64,000 nt of DNA, from NCBI GenBank assembly GCA_964455675.1, contig CAYVYK010000005.1:1-64000 (forward strand), in the 5' to 3' direction. Numbering within the stretch: position 1 is the first letter of the stretch; each line of letters opens with the position of its first letter. The DNA is from an uncultured Methanosarcinales archaeon. GTDB taxonomy: Archaea > Nanobdellota > Nanobdellia > Woesearchaeales > CAYVYK01. The translations under genes were made by a program, and so were the position numbers. The notes under the pieces were generated by a model. That model worked only from the letters and a program-made list of their open reading frames with translations. It did no database searches and was not told the origin of the DNA. Positions 18,614 through 29,031 of the stretch are shown in pieces.

Positions 18614-21600
18614 TTATGATGTCTTTATTCTGAACCTCTGTTCGATGGCTTGGCGGAGTTCTTGGCTTGATACTCCGCGCCTGTTGGCTTCAGCGCCCAT
18701 CCAGAACAATTCCTGGAGTTTTGGATTCTCGTCGAGCTCTCGCGGCGCATTGTTGTGCAGTCTGCTGATCCCTAAGTCTTTGAGATTAATATTGATGGTG
18801 TCTCCTCCACCAGCTTTGCCCTCGAATGGGACTGTTCCAGGCGTTCCAACATGGAGTGATACATATGTTCTCACCGTTCCTTCAGGCCATGGCCACTCGC
18901 CTTCTTTCTGGCTGGTTGTGCCAAATCCCATGACGAAGGAGTCTTTGTACACGTTGGGATTCTCCTGAAGTGCTCCTTTAAATGCGTCGAATCCAGCGCT
19001 ATGAAGGACGACGTCTCGGCCAAGAGTTTCTGTTCCAATCTCTGCTTGTGCGGCAGTGTAGAACTTTGCCGATTCCTCTGCCTTCTTGTCGACGCCTCCA
19101 ATGCCTCGTGTGTTAAGTGTATCGGTATCCTGATCCTCAAAATATCCCAGTGCGTCTTCCATGGACCACATATCAAGAACGTGAGCTCCATTGAATCCGA
19201 CGACCGCGTGCTTTTGTGGATCCACCTTTCCTTCTCTCCAATTGGATCCTGCAGATTCAGTCCGTGTGGCGGATGCAAGCTTTGTTAGGGATCGTTTTTG
19301 ATCTGGCCCTTTTGTGGCGACGTCTTCAACTATTTTTGTAGCAACTTGTTCAGCACTTGGTGCTGGCGTCAATGCTTTGTCAACTGCCTCGAGCTCCGAA
19401 TCGATTGTGATGTCCTCACCGTTCCTCCACGTTTCCTCGTTCTTGGCAAAGAATGCCGGATCCTTGATGAAGAGGCAGTTGTCCTCTCCGTTGAAGAGGC
19501 TCATCTCATCGAGTGTCATGAGCTGTTCGCCCAGGAGTCCTCTCTTGGGGACTGCATAGTACCTTCCATATTCTTGATCCCACACGAGTTCTCCTGTCTG
19601 GAATGACAGTTGTTCTTTGTCAAAGATGCGTCCCTCGCTGTCAACTCGAAGGTTGGTATCGGTGACCTTGCCATCCCGTTTGGTGGAAATTATCCTTCGG
19701 TCCGCTCCAAAGAGCGCGTCCGATCTCTCTCCGCTGATGATAACTTCCTCATCACCCATATAGTACACTTGTCCTTGTGTGTTCTGGGGTGAGGGGGTGG
19801 TTTGAGATCGTTTTTCCATGATAGTGATACTCTTGTCACGCCAGTCTGCCTTGTTTCTCGCGAAGAATGCTTGGTCTTTAATGATAAGTCCTGCCTGTTC
19901 TCCGTTGAGGATATCTTCTTGGGCGTCCGACATGAGGTCGCCAATGAGTCCTTTTCTGGAATTTGCGACGTACTTACCTTGTGAAGGATCATAATCAAAG
20001 TCTCCGATATGGATACCGAGTTTGCTGTATATTCTTCCTTCATCGTCGATACGTAGGCCAGTATCTTTTTGGTCGTGGAGGAGCACTTTTCTGTCCGCTC
20101 CTCCTAGCGCCTTGGACTGCCTTCCGAGCGTGAATTCTCCGTTCATTGTGTAAACATCAGCGTCGCTTGCGATCGTGTTTTCCCTTCCGGCAACGTATGT
20201 GTGGCCTCCAACGACCGCTTTCTCAGTTTTCTCGACAGACCCAACGGTCTTTCCATCATCAGTTTTAATCTGCTTGTCACATTCCAATCCCTGTCCGATG
20301 GTGAGCTTCATTCCATCCTTTTGGATGCTCTGGTCATCTTCAGCTTCTACGGAGATATATACATGGTTTCCGGTTCGTTCATCTACTGGACCGCTGACGC
20401 TTCCGTGGATGTCTCGGGGGACTTCCGTTGTAACTTCCATAGTAACCTGTGGATCCGTTGATGTTCGTGATACTCGGAATGTTGTGCCTTCGACTTCTGC
20501 GTTATTCTCATCGGCTTCTACGCTTTTCTTATCGACTTCTTGGTATGTTATGAGCGCTTCCTCTTGGGGTGATTCGCTTGGGCCAAGCTTTTCACCAACC
20601 ATGTTGACGGTGAAGAATTTCTCGCCAAGTCCAAAGAAACCCATTTGGTCTCCCGCATCACGTGTTCTCACGGTGATATACGTATCGGGGCTTGTGCTTT
20701 GCGCGTTGACTTGTGCGGTATCCCCTCCAAAATCATTATATGATGGTCCTTGGATTTTTGTGTTCGCAATTGTTGCAACATCATCATTGTCAATGATGAG
20801 TGTACCGGCCTCTTTGTTCTTCGTGTATGCGGTCCATGCAGTTCCAAGTGATTCTTGTAACGATGTGAATGATTCGGTGAATTCGAGTTTCTTGCCTTCC
20901 GTGATCTGCTTGATGTACGCGGAATATTCCCGTCCAAGCGAGGCGCTCGGATTCTCTTCCTCTATCGGTTTTGCTCCTTGCTCAAAGCCTCCCGCGATGA
21001 GTATCTGCTGGTCTGGCTCTGGTGTGAACGCGCCAGCTCCGATATGTCGAAATACAGGTTCCGTGCTGGGTTCTGTAGTAATAAGGCCTAGGATTTGTGG
21101 TTGTCCTCTCTCGTCCTGGACGTTTCTTCCTATGTTTAGTGTACCTTCCTTGATTGGTCCAGTGTTGAAGACTAAGGCGTCTTTTCCGTCTTCGACAATT
21201 CCCGAGACGGTTTCAAGGTGCTTTCCTGTAAGTGAAAGGTCAAATTCGCTATCGATTCTGTCTTTATACATTACCTCGCTCGTTATTTTTCCAAGGTCAA
21301 CATCAATATCGAGTCCATATGCGTCGTCAACGAAATGCTGTTTTTGCTCTCCAGAACCACTCACGATCATGGGGTATTCTTCCCGCAAATTAAATGCAGT
21401 GACGCAATTCTTGCAATCAGTTACAAGATGATGCACTTCTTCATCCGCTTTCTGAACGCTGATACTCTCAGAATTTCCGTTCACTTGTATTTCTGCTTCT
21501 CCTATTCGCGGTCCTTCAAGCGGTATGACGACTTCTCCTTCACCCTTGTTCTTGAATGTGTAATCCTCGCCATTGACGTTAAGGCTGAGGATATTGCTAT

Positions 21601-22507
21601 TGTCAAAACTGGTTTTTATGGACCTGGCGTGCTCCATCGTTCCTTCAAATCCGTATGATATTTCAGAAATGTCCTTGTCATCGAGGTTTACTTCCACCTG
21701 CTGCAGCGTTTTGAGCTCGGTTTCTCCATTGACAACTGCTACGACTTCTCCGCCTTCTCGCTCCTCGATATGTGGTGCCTCAACGATCGGTTCGGCAATT
21801 TTTAGAGTTCCATCATCAACGGCTGGTGGATACTCAAGAATTTCAAGTTTCTTTCCTTTGAGTTCAAACAGGTTTTGTACGATGTTGTTGTGCTGGTCGT
21901 TTGTGATTCCTGATTCTGGTTTGTCCTGGATATACTGGGTGATTTTCTGAACGTTTTTTGCTGCGCTTTTCATGGCTTCTGGATCATTCTCGTACCGGTC
22001 TGTCATGGTTTGTGCGTAGGATTTCTTTGGAACATGATTCGGATCAGGATTGTATGCCTGGTCTCCTCTCTCGCCGTAATGGTCCGCCCATATTTTGAGT
22101 ATTTGTGGGTTCTCGTCGTAGTATTTTGGAGCTCCAAGGCCGTTGCTTCCCTCAACGGATTCAAGGAATACGCTGCGGAGTTCGTCGGAGTTTGCCGCTC
22201 CTTCTTTGTATACTTGCTGTGCGATCGTTGATCGTAGTTTCTTCGCATTCTCTCCAGTTCCAGTGATGCTTTGTTTGATCATGTCTCGTTTTGCGGGATC
22301 CTTGAAATCTTCTGGTTTCATCGTTTGGAGTGCTGTTTGGATCTCTTGTTCGTTACCGCTCGAGAGTGTTGTGCTTAGATCCGGTGGCGGCGTAGTATCC
22401 CCTTCAACTCCATGTACTGAGTGAGGCCCAAAGATGCTAATGAGTATGATCACAATATAGACTCCCATGATGATGCCAAGGGGGATGTGGTGGTGGAAGC
22501 GGTTCAT
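18614..22507 (-). CDS. Large secreted/surface protein (1297 aa) with an internal duplication
   Basis: N-terminal signal or TM helix; acidic beta-rich body; duplicated GADR..LR(I/V)D.EGRI..(K/R)GL(I/L)G..NGE..IKD.AFFA(R/K)N module. Confidence 0.85.
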   Translation of the reverse strand: MNRFHHHIPLGIIMGVYIVIILISIFGPHSVHGVEGDTTPPPDLSTTLSSGNEQEIQTALQTMKPEDFKDPAKRDMIKQSITGTGENAKKLRSTIAQQVYKEGAANSDELRSVFLESVEGSNGLGAPKYYDENPQILKIWADHYGERGDQAYNPDPNHVPKKSYAQTMTDRYENDPEAMKSAAKNVQKITQYIQDKPESGITNDQHNNIVQNLFELKGKKLEILEYPPAVDDGTLKIAEPIVEAPHIEEREGGEVVAVVNGETELKTLQQVEVNLDDKDISEISYGFEGTMEHARSIKTSFDNSNILSLNVNGEDYTFKNKGEGEVVIPLEGPRIGEAEIQVNGNSESISVQKADEEVHHLVTDCKNCVTAFNLREEYPMIVSGSGEQKQHFVDDAYGLDIDVDLGKITSEVMYKDRIDSEFDLSLTGKHLETVSGIVEDGKDALVFNTGPIKEGTLNIGRNVQDERGQPQILGLITTEPSTEPVFRHIGAGAFTPEPDQQILIAGGFEQGAKPIEEENPSASLGREYSAYIKQITEGKKLEFTESFTSLQESLGTAWTAYTKNKEAGTLIIDNDDVATIANTKIQGPSYNDFGGDTAQVNAQSTSPDTYITVRTRDAGDQMGFFGLGEKFFTVNMVGEKLGPSESPQEEALITYQEVDKKSVEADENNAEVEGTTFRVSRTSTDPQVTMEVTTEVPRDIHGSVSGPVDERTGNHVYISVEAEDDQSIQKDGMKLTIGQGLECDKQIKTDDGKTVGSVEKTEKAVVGGHTYVAGRENTIASDADVYTMNGEFTLGRQSKALGGADRKVLLHDQKDTGLRIDDEGRIYSKLGIHIGDFDYDPSQGKYVANSRKGLIGDLMSDAQEDILNGEQAGLIIKDQAFFARNKADWRDKSITIMEKRSQTTPSPQNTQGQVYYMGDEEVIISGERSDALFGADRRIISTKRDGKVTDTNLRVDSEGRIFDKEQLSFQTGELVWDQEYGRYYAVPKRGLLGEQLMTLDEMSLFNGEDNCLFIKDPAFFAKNEETWRNGEDITIDSELEAVDKALTPAPSAEQVATKIVEDVATKGPDQKRSLTKLASATRTESAGSNWREGKVDPQKHAVVGFNGAHVLDMWSMEDALGYFEDQDTDTLNTRGIGGVDKKAEESAKFYTAAQAEIGTETLGRDVVLHSAGFDAFKGALQENPNVYKDSFVMGFGTTSQKEGEWPWPEGTVRTYVSLHVGTPGTVPFEGKAGGGDTININLKDLGISRLHNNAPRELDENPKLQELFWMGAEANRRGVSSQELRQAIEQRFRIKTS

Positions 22508-23514
22508 ATCGCGTTTACCTCCCAGAATGTGTACCCCATGTTTCCCTCGTCGTCGCGCGCTCCGATGATGATCGTGTACTTTCCTGGCGCTTCTGGCGTG
22601 AACTCCACTTTCTCGTCGGTAATCCTTGTGTTATCTCCTTGCACGAACGTGGTGATGTCATCAAACTCGGGATCGATCGCATTGATCGTAACGCGCGCTG
22701 TCCGTCCGACGAGTACTCCTTGTGGTTGTACTGGCTCGACCACTGGCGGGTGGTTAGTTTCCGTCGGAGGGCGGTATCCCATCGCAAATGAGAGTTCTTG
22801 TTTTCCTTCTGATAGCGTGATGAGGTAATTGTATTTGTTCCACGCGAATGCTTCCGCGGTGAACTTGTCCGTCATGAGGTCTGTGACTGCGAACTGCTCT
22901 GGTGATCTCTCTGCTCGTTTTGTGAACCATTCCGCAAAGTCGACCATTTCCCCTAAGGTAGTCGGTGTGCTGATGATGAGGTTATCAAATGTGTATTCCT
23001 GGTTGTTTCTGATAAATGGGCCCACTCGGATATGTGCGCTCGCTTCCTTATCCATGATCGTGACATCGGCGATGATCGTGCCGTTGAAGGGCAGGTATCC
23101 TCTGCTTTCAATCTGTGGCGAGCATGATGCAAATCCGTTTTGGATGTATGTTTCGACTTCTTGCGCGATTTGTTCTTTCGTCCGTGCCTTGCTTTCGCCC
23201 TCAATGAACCAGTACGCGGATTCGCGCATCTGCGTGGAGAGGACTCCTGTTCCGAGAGGAAACTCTAAGTATCCACCTCCTCGCCCGACGAGGAATAGTC
23301 CGTCAGCGAGTAGTTCTAGAGAGCATGATTGTACGCTCGTACCTAGCTCTACATACTCTGCGGGCAGCTTGAGTGGTTGTTCGGTTTCTGGTGTCCGTTC
23401 TGAAGCGATATAGAGAATGGCAAGCGCGACCAAAAGCCCTGCGAGAATGATGATCAGAGTAGATAGTTGTCCCTTCTTAAGCAGGGGGTTACAAAACTCC
23501 ATGACAGTATACAA
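22504..23514 (-). CDS. Class III signal peptide (pilin-like) surface protein with a C-terminal Ig-like domain
   Basis: KKGQ + hydrophobic helix; NHPPV..A.DPE.D..FTP..G.YTI Ig/cadherin-like repeat. Confidence 0.75.
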   Translation of the reverse strand: MYTVMEFCNPLLKKGQLSTLIIILAGLLVALAILYIASERTPETEQPLKLPAEYVELGTSVQSCSLELLADGLFLVGRGGGYLEFPLGTGVLSTQMRESAYWFIEGESKARTKEQIAQEVETYIQNGFASCSPQIESRGYLPFNGTIIADVTIMDKEASAHIRVGPFIRNNQEYTFDNLIISTPTTLGEMVDFAEWFTKRAERSPEQFAVTDLMTDKFTAEAFAWNKYNYLITLSEGKQELSFAMGYRPPTETNHPPVVEPVQPQGVLVGRTARVTINAIDPEFDDITTFVQGDNTRITDEKVEFTPEAPGKYTIIIGARDDEGNMGYTFWEVNAI

Positions 23515-23592
23515 AAAGGTATACTAATATATAAACCTTTTGATCAAACCTCAAGCTTAAACTATATATAGACACGATCATCTTGGGACGTC

Positions 23593-24063
23593 ATGCAAAC
23601 GCTCAACATTGGTGATAAAGCTCCTGACTTTACGCTTCCCGATGCTGAAGGGAACATGGTGACCCTATCAAAACTCCCACATAAGACGGTCGTTCTCTAC
23701 TTCTACCCAAAAGATGATACGCCAGGGTGCACAAGAGAAGCATGCAACTTGCGTGATAATTATGAAGCTTTGAAAAGCGCAGGTCTTATCATCTACGGTA
23801 TTTCTACGGATACAAAAGAATCTCATCAGAAGTTTGCAAAGAAGTACACTCTTCCGTTTCCGCTTCTTTCTGATGAGCGTCATAAGGTCGCCGAGAAGTA
23901 TGGGGCGTGGGGAGAAAAGACAATGTATGGAAAGAAGTATGCGGGCATGTTCCGTATTACATATATCATCAGTCCCGAGCGTAAAATCCAAAAAATATTC
24001 GCGGACAAGGAGAAGGTTGATGTGGATAATCACTCGGCGCAGATTCAGGCGGCGATGAAATGA
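23593..24063 (+). CDS. bcp: Thioredoxin-dependent peroxiredoxin Bcp
   Basis: LYFYPKDDTPGCTREAC. Confidence 0.97.
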   Translation: MQTLNIGDKAPDFTLPDAEGNMVTLSKLPHKTVVLYFYPKDDTPGCTREACNLRDNYEALKSAGLIIYGISTDTKESHQKFAKKYTLPFPLLSDERHKVAEKYGAWGEKTMYGKKYAGMFRITYIISPERKIQKIFADKEKVDVDNHSAQIQAAMK

Positions 24064-24611
24064 ATCGGCAGGAGCAATTTGATCTGATCAAGAAATATTT
24101 TCTGGAGCGGGATCTTGACCTCTACGCTGGTGGCAACCTCCCTGTGCGGAGTACCGAGCAGGGAATCTGGGGTCCTTCCGTTCTTGATTACTGCTATGAT
24201 GCATTTCTGAAACTTCATCTTGAGAACTTTCGTCATTTTGTTGATCTGGGTTCTGGCGATGGTCGCATTGTGTGGATTGCATCTCTCTTCACAGAAGCAT
24301 CAGGCATTGAGTCTGATAAGGAGTTTCACGCGATTGCGAAAAAGGCTCGCCCATTTGATCCGGTGCACAATGTGCATTTGCTCTGCAAGGACTTCCGGAA
24401 TATGAAACTCAATGAGTTTGATTTTCTGTTCGCAAATCCTGATCATACCTACGCTCCAGATTTCTCTCGGAAATTGCTTGAAGAGTGTTCCGGTGCGACT
24501 TTTCTTTTATACAACAACATTTTCCCGGTCTATGACTTCAAAAAGGAGCGTGTTCTCTGGTATGATCAATTTCCCCTGACGGTATACAAGGTTGTTCCTT
24601 CTCGAGGATGA
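24060..24611 (+). CDS. Class I SAM-dependent methyltransferase
   Basis: FVDLGSGDGR, GIE. Confidence 0.8.
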   Translation: MNRQEQFDLIKKYFLERDLDLYAGGNLPVRSTEQGIWGPSVLDYCYDAFLKLHLENFRHFVDLGSGDGRIVWIASLFTEASGIESDKEFHAIAKKARPFDPVHNVHLLCKDFRNMKLNEFDFLFANPDHTYAPDFSRKLLEECSGATFLLYNNIFPVYDFKKERVLWYDQFPLTVYKVVPSRG

Positions 24612-24653
24612 CCCCACAAACGTTTATAAACTGCCCCCCTCCTCTCAAATAAT

Positions 24654-25754
24654 ATGGTGCTGACCGCAAAACAAAGGTTTGACTTGAAGAAGTTTGTGAA
24701 GGAGTTGGCACTCTACAAGGGACGCCATACGGAGATGGTATCGGTGTACGTTCCTGCAGGTTATGACATCACGAAGATCAGAGCGCACTTGCAGCAGGAG
24801 CAGGGCACAGCTCAGAACATTAAGTCAACCTCGACGAGAAAGAATGTGACTGATGCGCTTGAGAGAATGATCCAGCATTTGAACCTCTATAAGACAACTC
24901 CCGAGCACGGGCTCGCGGCATTCTCAGGAAACGTTGCCGAGCGCGAAGGCCAAAGTGACGTCCGTGTCTGGAGCCTTGAGCCTCCAAATCCGATCCGTAC
25001 TCGTCTGTATCGTTGTGATAAGACCTTTCAGCTTGAGATACTTTCTGAGATGCTTGATGACAAGGACATGTGGGGTCTTGTTGTCATGGATCGCCGTGAG
25101 AGTAACGTAGCGCTCCTCAAGGGGAAGTCAATTGTTCCAGTCTACCATGAGAAGTCGAACGTTCCGGGAAAGACGAAGGCTGGTGGTCAGTCCGCCGCAA
25201 GGTATATGCGCCTTCGTGAGGACGCCGCAAAGGATTTTTACAAGGAAATCGCAAACCAGATGAAGGAGGCGTTCCTGAGTCGGACCGAGCTTAAAGGAAT
25301 TATTGTCGGTGGCCCTGGTCCGAGCAAGTACGAACTAGTTGACAGTGGATACATCACTGGTGATGTGAAGAAGAAGATCATCGCGATTAAGGACATTTCG
25401 TACACGGGTGATTTTGGTATTATTGAGCTCGTCGATCGTTCGCAGGATGTTTTGGGTGATGCAGAGATCGTTGCCGAGAAGAAAGTGATGGGTCGTTTCT
25501 TCGAGCTTCTCGCGACTGACCCGATGCGGACAAGCTATGGAAAAGAATATGTTCGGCGTGCGCTTGAGATGGGTGCGGTCGATACCCTCCTCCTTTCCGA
25601 GAAGCTTGAGGATGCAGACATTCAGGAGTTTGAGTCGATCGCTGAGCGATTCTCCACGAATGTTGAGATCATTTCCACTGAGACGCGCGAGGGCGTGCAG
25701 TTGCGGGAGATGGGGATGTATGGTGCTATCTTGCGCTACCCCTTGCACGTGTGA
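24654..25754 (+). CDS. prf1: Peptide chain release factor aRF1
   Basis: NIKS, YRCD, GGQS motifs. Confidence 0.98.
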   Translation: MVLTAKQRFDLKKFVKELALYKGRHTEMVSVYVPAGYDITKIRAHLQQEQGTAQNIKSTSTRKNVTDALERMIQHLNLYKTTPEHGLAAFSGNVAEREGQSDVRVWSLEPPNPIRTRLYRCDKTFQLEILSEMLDDKDMWGLVVMDRRESNVALLKGKSIVPVYHEKSNVPGKTKAGGQSAARYMRLREDAAKDFYKEIANQMKEAFLSRTELKGIIVGGPGPSKYELVDSGYITGDVKKKIIAIKDISYTGDFGIIELVDRSQDVLGDAEIVAEKKVMGRFFELLATDPMRTSYGKEYVRRALEMGAVDTLLLSEKLEDADIQEFESIAERFSTNVEIISTETREGVQLREMGMYGAILRYPLHV

Positions 25755-25757
25755 GCC

Positions 25758-26423
25758 ATGACTGATCCGCTGGTTGCAAAAGCTTTCCGAATGCTCTACC
25801 CGGATAAGTATGACGGTCAGTACACTTTTGTTCTTGAATATTCTGGCAGGTTCAATGACTACAACGCGAATGTGCGCTATAGTCGCGACACGTTCACGTT
25901 TAATCTCAGCAAGAAATGGAAAGCGATTGATGAGGAGATCACGATAGGTCTCATCCAGTCCCTGTTGAATCGAGTGCAAAAGACGAAGAAATCGACTCCG
26001 AACATCGAGTTGTACAACATCTTTGTGAAGCGTCTGCATAAGGTTGTCCCAAAGACGAGGAGCGATCCTTTGCTTGCCGAGTCGTTTGCGCGAGTGAACG
26101 ATCTGTATTTTGACGGCATTATCGAGCAGCCAAATCTTGTGTGGGGCCAGTCATCGTTTCGGACACTCGGGCATTATGCGTACACGACGGATACTGTGAC
26201 CATCAGCTCGATTCTGCGGGAGGATCCCGAGCTGCTTGATTACGTCATGTACCATGAGCTGCTACATAAAAAACTCAAATTTGATCATTCCACAGGCAGA
26301 TCTCGTTACCACACTAGAGAGTTCAAGCGCGAGGAAAGAAGATTCCGCGATGCCGAAATTCTCGAGCGTCGCTTGGCGTCTATTGCGAGGAAATCCCGCG
26401 TGCGCTCCTGGTTTGGCTTCTGA
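25758..26423 (+). CDS. SprT/YgjP-like zinc metalloprotease
   Basis: LDYVMYHELLH...H..EFK..E. Confidence 0.8.
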   Translation: MTDPLVAKAFRMLYPDKYDGQYTFVLEYSGRFNDYNANVRYSRDTFTFNLSKKWKAIDEEITIGLIQSLLNRVQKTKKSTPNIELYNIFVKRLHKVVPKTRSDPLLAESFARVNDLYFDGIIEQPNLVWGQSSFRTLGHYAYTTDTVTISSILREDPELLDYVMYHELLHKKLKFDHSTGRSRYHTREFKREERRFRDAEILERRLASIARKSRVRSWFGF

Positions 26424-26550
26424 ACCAGAGGAACCATAACGCACCTTTAACAATAGCAGGAATCATGCAGGTATTTTTCCCCAGATGTCTGGACCCCCGC
26501 AAGATTCATGCATGCCCTTTTCCAAGATCATATGCAGCAGGGAGAAGGGC

Positions 26551-26625
26551 GTGCCGAAGGCTCGTAATTAGTCTATTATCCTGCTATCATCATCTCAATA
26601 ATGGTGTGCCCAAGGCTCGTAATTA
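26551..26625. repeat. Two-copy 20-bp direct repeat GTGCC(G/C)AAGGCTCGTAATTA
   Basis: 26551-26570 and 26606-26625, 19/20 identical, in the gap between convergent genes. Confidence 0.6.
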
Positions 26626-26675
26626 TTTGGTAAATGCTGACATCGTCTCAGATAACTGCAGAAAAAAAGAATGGT

Positions 26676-27230
26676 TTAGGCTAGATCAAGGATTTTTTCG
26701 AGCATGGGAAATCGCTTGTACGGCTGGTGATACTTGTCCGATCCCATGTGACCTTCCCCGTGTCGCACGATGAGTGTTCCACCAAGATGTTCGAACATGT
26801 ACATGCCTTCCAATTGATCGCATCCCCAAGGGTCATCATCGCTGTTGATGAATACAATGTCTTGGGTGTTCTGAGTAATGGTATCCCAAGCATAAGAATC
26901 CTGCAGTATTCGCTCGGGTTTTTTCTCCCTTCCTTTCACACGCGCGTATCCGGCGACAAGTACAACCATTCTTATCTTAGTTTTGATTTGCTCCAGCACG
27001 CTTAACGTGAGTGGGCATCCCGCAGAGTGCCCGATGATGATCGTGTCCTTGGTGAATTTTCCTCCTTTCATGACGAATGGAACCTGCACCATCAAGTCCG
27101 GCGTGTCTGGACGTGGAAGTGCCGGAACCCAGACAGTATATCCTTTACCCTCAAGATACTTTTTTATCGAAGGGTACCAGAACGATTCAGGCGTGCACGC
27201 CGTTCCATGGAGGATGATCGCATGCTTCAT
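26676..27230 (-). CDS. RBBP9/YdeN-family alpha/beta hydrolase
   Basis: IILHG, WYP, IGHSAG, SDDDPW, GH. Confidence 0.92.
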   Translation of the reverse strand: MKHAIILHGTACTPESFWYPSIKKYLEGKGYTVWVPALPRPDTPDLMVQVPFVMKGGKFTKDTIIIGHSAGCPLTLSVLEQIKTKIRMVVLVAGYARVKGREKKPERILQDSYAWDTITQNTQDIVFINSDDDPWGCDQLEGMYMFEHLGGTLIVRHGEGHMGSDKYHQPYKRFPMLEKILDLA

Positions 27231-27304
27231 GCGCCTAGCGCATACTCGCATCTATTTATGGATTGCCATAACTTTTATATAGATCGCGAGCTGGTTTCTC
27301 TCGT

Positions 27305-28222
27305 ATGGACGGCAGGAAGGGAAGCTCTGATCTTGTGATCTCAGTGACTATTGCTCTCTTCGTCGTTGGTTTCTTTGTGGGGTATGAAGTGTCGCATGGT
27401 TCTTCGCCGATTACGGGTATGTTTGTGCGCACGCTTCCGCCTGCGGTATCACCTCAGAAGGAACCGTACGTGCAGACGCTTGCGGTGGGTCAGAGCTTTG
27501 AGAAGTCCGTCGGGATTTCGAACATCCGGATAACATTGCTCGCAACGGGTTCTGAAGGGGCTGAGCGTTTCGCGCGTGTCCGGATTGAGTCCTCTGATTT
27601 TGCCACGGAGCTTTCCGTTGCGGACGGTTCTGATGTGACATTTGTCGTGCCCGTTGCATCCTCGTTTTATCAGGGCAGTCTTCGTGTTTCTGGTGTGATC
27701 ACGCAGAAGAATTATGCTGCGGTTGGTGTGCTGCGCGTTCAGTCCATCGTGCCACCCTTCTGTATGTACTCCCATGATCTGCAAAACACTGTTTTTTACA
27801 CCTCAAGCGGGCTGAAGGTTCGATCTGAGGAATGTTCCCCGAATGCAAACATGCTCTATGTTCCTTCGTGTGTTGGGACCCGCTTTGCTCTCCTCGCTCG
27901 GACCTGTTCCTGTGAGGGTAGGACTTGCCTAAATGATCCTTCTGCTGTTCAGGAGATTTCGGAAGAAGCAGCTACGCAGCCGGTTCAAGTGAATTACTGC
28001 ACGGATCCTCTGACGAGGCAGACGTACGCGGTGGGTGTTCGGGTTGCTGGCACAGACAAGGTCTGCACCTTTGCTGGATGGGATTTTGTGCGTAAGGGTG
28101 GTGAGGACTGCATTCAGAACTTCATGTGCGACTCTGGTCTTTGTATGAACATGAAGTGTGTGGCAAAGCAGACGTTTAATCCCACACCAATACGATCCTT
28201 CTTTCTGTCGCTCGTGAAGTGA
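27305..28222 (+). CDS. Membrane-anchored Cys-rich surface protein
   Basis: RKG + hydrophobic helix, ITGMFV motif, C-terminal Cys clusters. Confidence 0.7.
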   Translation: MDGRKGSSDLVISVTIALFVVGFFVGYEVSHGSSPITGMFVRTLPPAVSPQKEPYVQTLAVGQSFEKSVGISNIRITLLATGSEGAERFARVRIESSDFATELSVADGSDVTFVVPVASSFYQGSLRVSGVITQKNYAAVGVLRVQSIVPPFCMYSHDLQNTVFYTSSGLKVRSEECSPNANMLYVPSCVGTRFALLARTCSCEGRTCLNDPSAVQEISEEAATQPVQVNYCTDPLTRQTYAVGVRVAGTDKVCTFAGWDFVRKGGEDCIQNFMCDSGLCMNMKCVAKQTFNPTPIRSFFLSLVK

Positions 28223-28286
28223 CCCAAAGCTTTTTAAATGTCCCGCTTCCTCTGATGGGAATCATCCAGTATTATCGGTGACTAGT

Positions 28287-28685
28287 ATGGGAGAAACCAA
28301 ACTCATGGACATTGGCGAAATGAAGAAGGGTAGCTACATCGTTATTGAGGGTGCTGCGTGTGTTACGACGGATACGCAAGTGAGCCGTCCGGGAAAGCAC
28401 GGTCATGCCAAGGTGAGGCTGACAGGTGTTGGCATCATCGATGAGAAGAAGCGCGTCATTGTCGCCCCAGGCCACGATAAGGTTGAGGTCCCAATCATTG
28501 AGAAACGTACTGCTCAGGTGCTTTCAATCACAGGAGAGAATGCCAACGTGATGGATTCTGAGACGTATGAGACATTTGACCTGAAGATTCCGGATGAGTT
28601 GAAGGGTCAGGTTGTCGAATCATCTGAAGTCTTGTATTGGGTTATCTTAAGTGACAAGGTCATGAAGCAGGTGAAGAGTGCATAA
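28287..28685 (+). CDS. eif5a: Translation factor aIF5A
   Basis: SRPGKHGHAK hypusine motif. Confidence 0.97.
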   Translation: MGETKLMDIGEMKKGSYIVIEGAACVTTDTQVSRPGKHGHAKVRLTGVGIIDEKKRVIVAPGHDKVEVPIIEKRTAQVLSITGENANVMDSETYETFDLKIPDELKGQVVESSEVLYWVILSDKVMKQVKSA

Positions 28686-28846
28686 TGGTAAAGTTCCCAG
28701 AAGCTCAAGCGAGATTGTTCCGAAATAAGTTTGTCTGCAGGAAGTGTAAGTCCGCATGCCACACGTCAAACATGCTCGTGATTGAGGGTGTGGTAAAGTG
28801 TCGGAAATGCAACAGCCGCGCTCTGCGCCCTGTTCGTAAAAAGTGA
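28685..28846 (+). CDS. rpl40e: 50S ribosomal protein eL40 (L40e)
   Basis: Hand translation MVKFPEAQARLFRNKFVCRKC...KCRKCNSRALRPVRKK; TAATG overlap with aIF5A. Confidence 0.93.
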   Translation: MVKFPEAQARLFRNKFVCRKCKSACHTSNMLVIEGVVKCRKCNSRALRPVRKK

Positions 28847-29031
28847 TCGTTCTTTGATGTGCACGGCACGTACTGCGTGGTAGAAGGAGCATTAGAGAGA
28901 GCGATCGTTAGAATAACCAATAGGGCAACCAACAGTAGGAGCAAGGAATGCTATGGGGGGGTAATTGTGTGATAAACACTTGTTTCTAAAAAATCACAAA
29001 CCTTAAAAAGCCGTAAGCCCAAAATCCGTGG

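Noticed and set aside
20175..21431. 418-aa + strand ORF
   Set aside because: Antisense shadow of the 1297-aa gene; S/P/V-rich with no motifs
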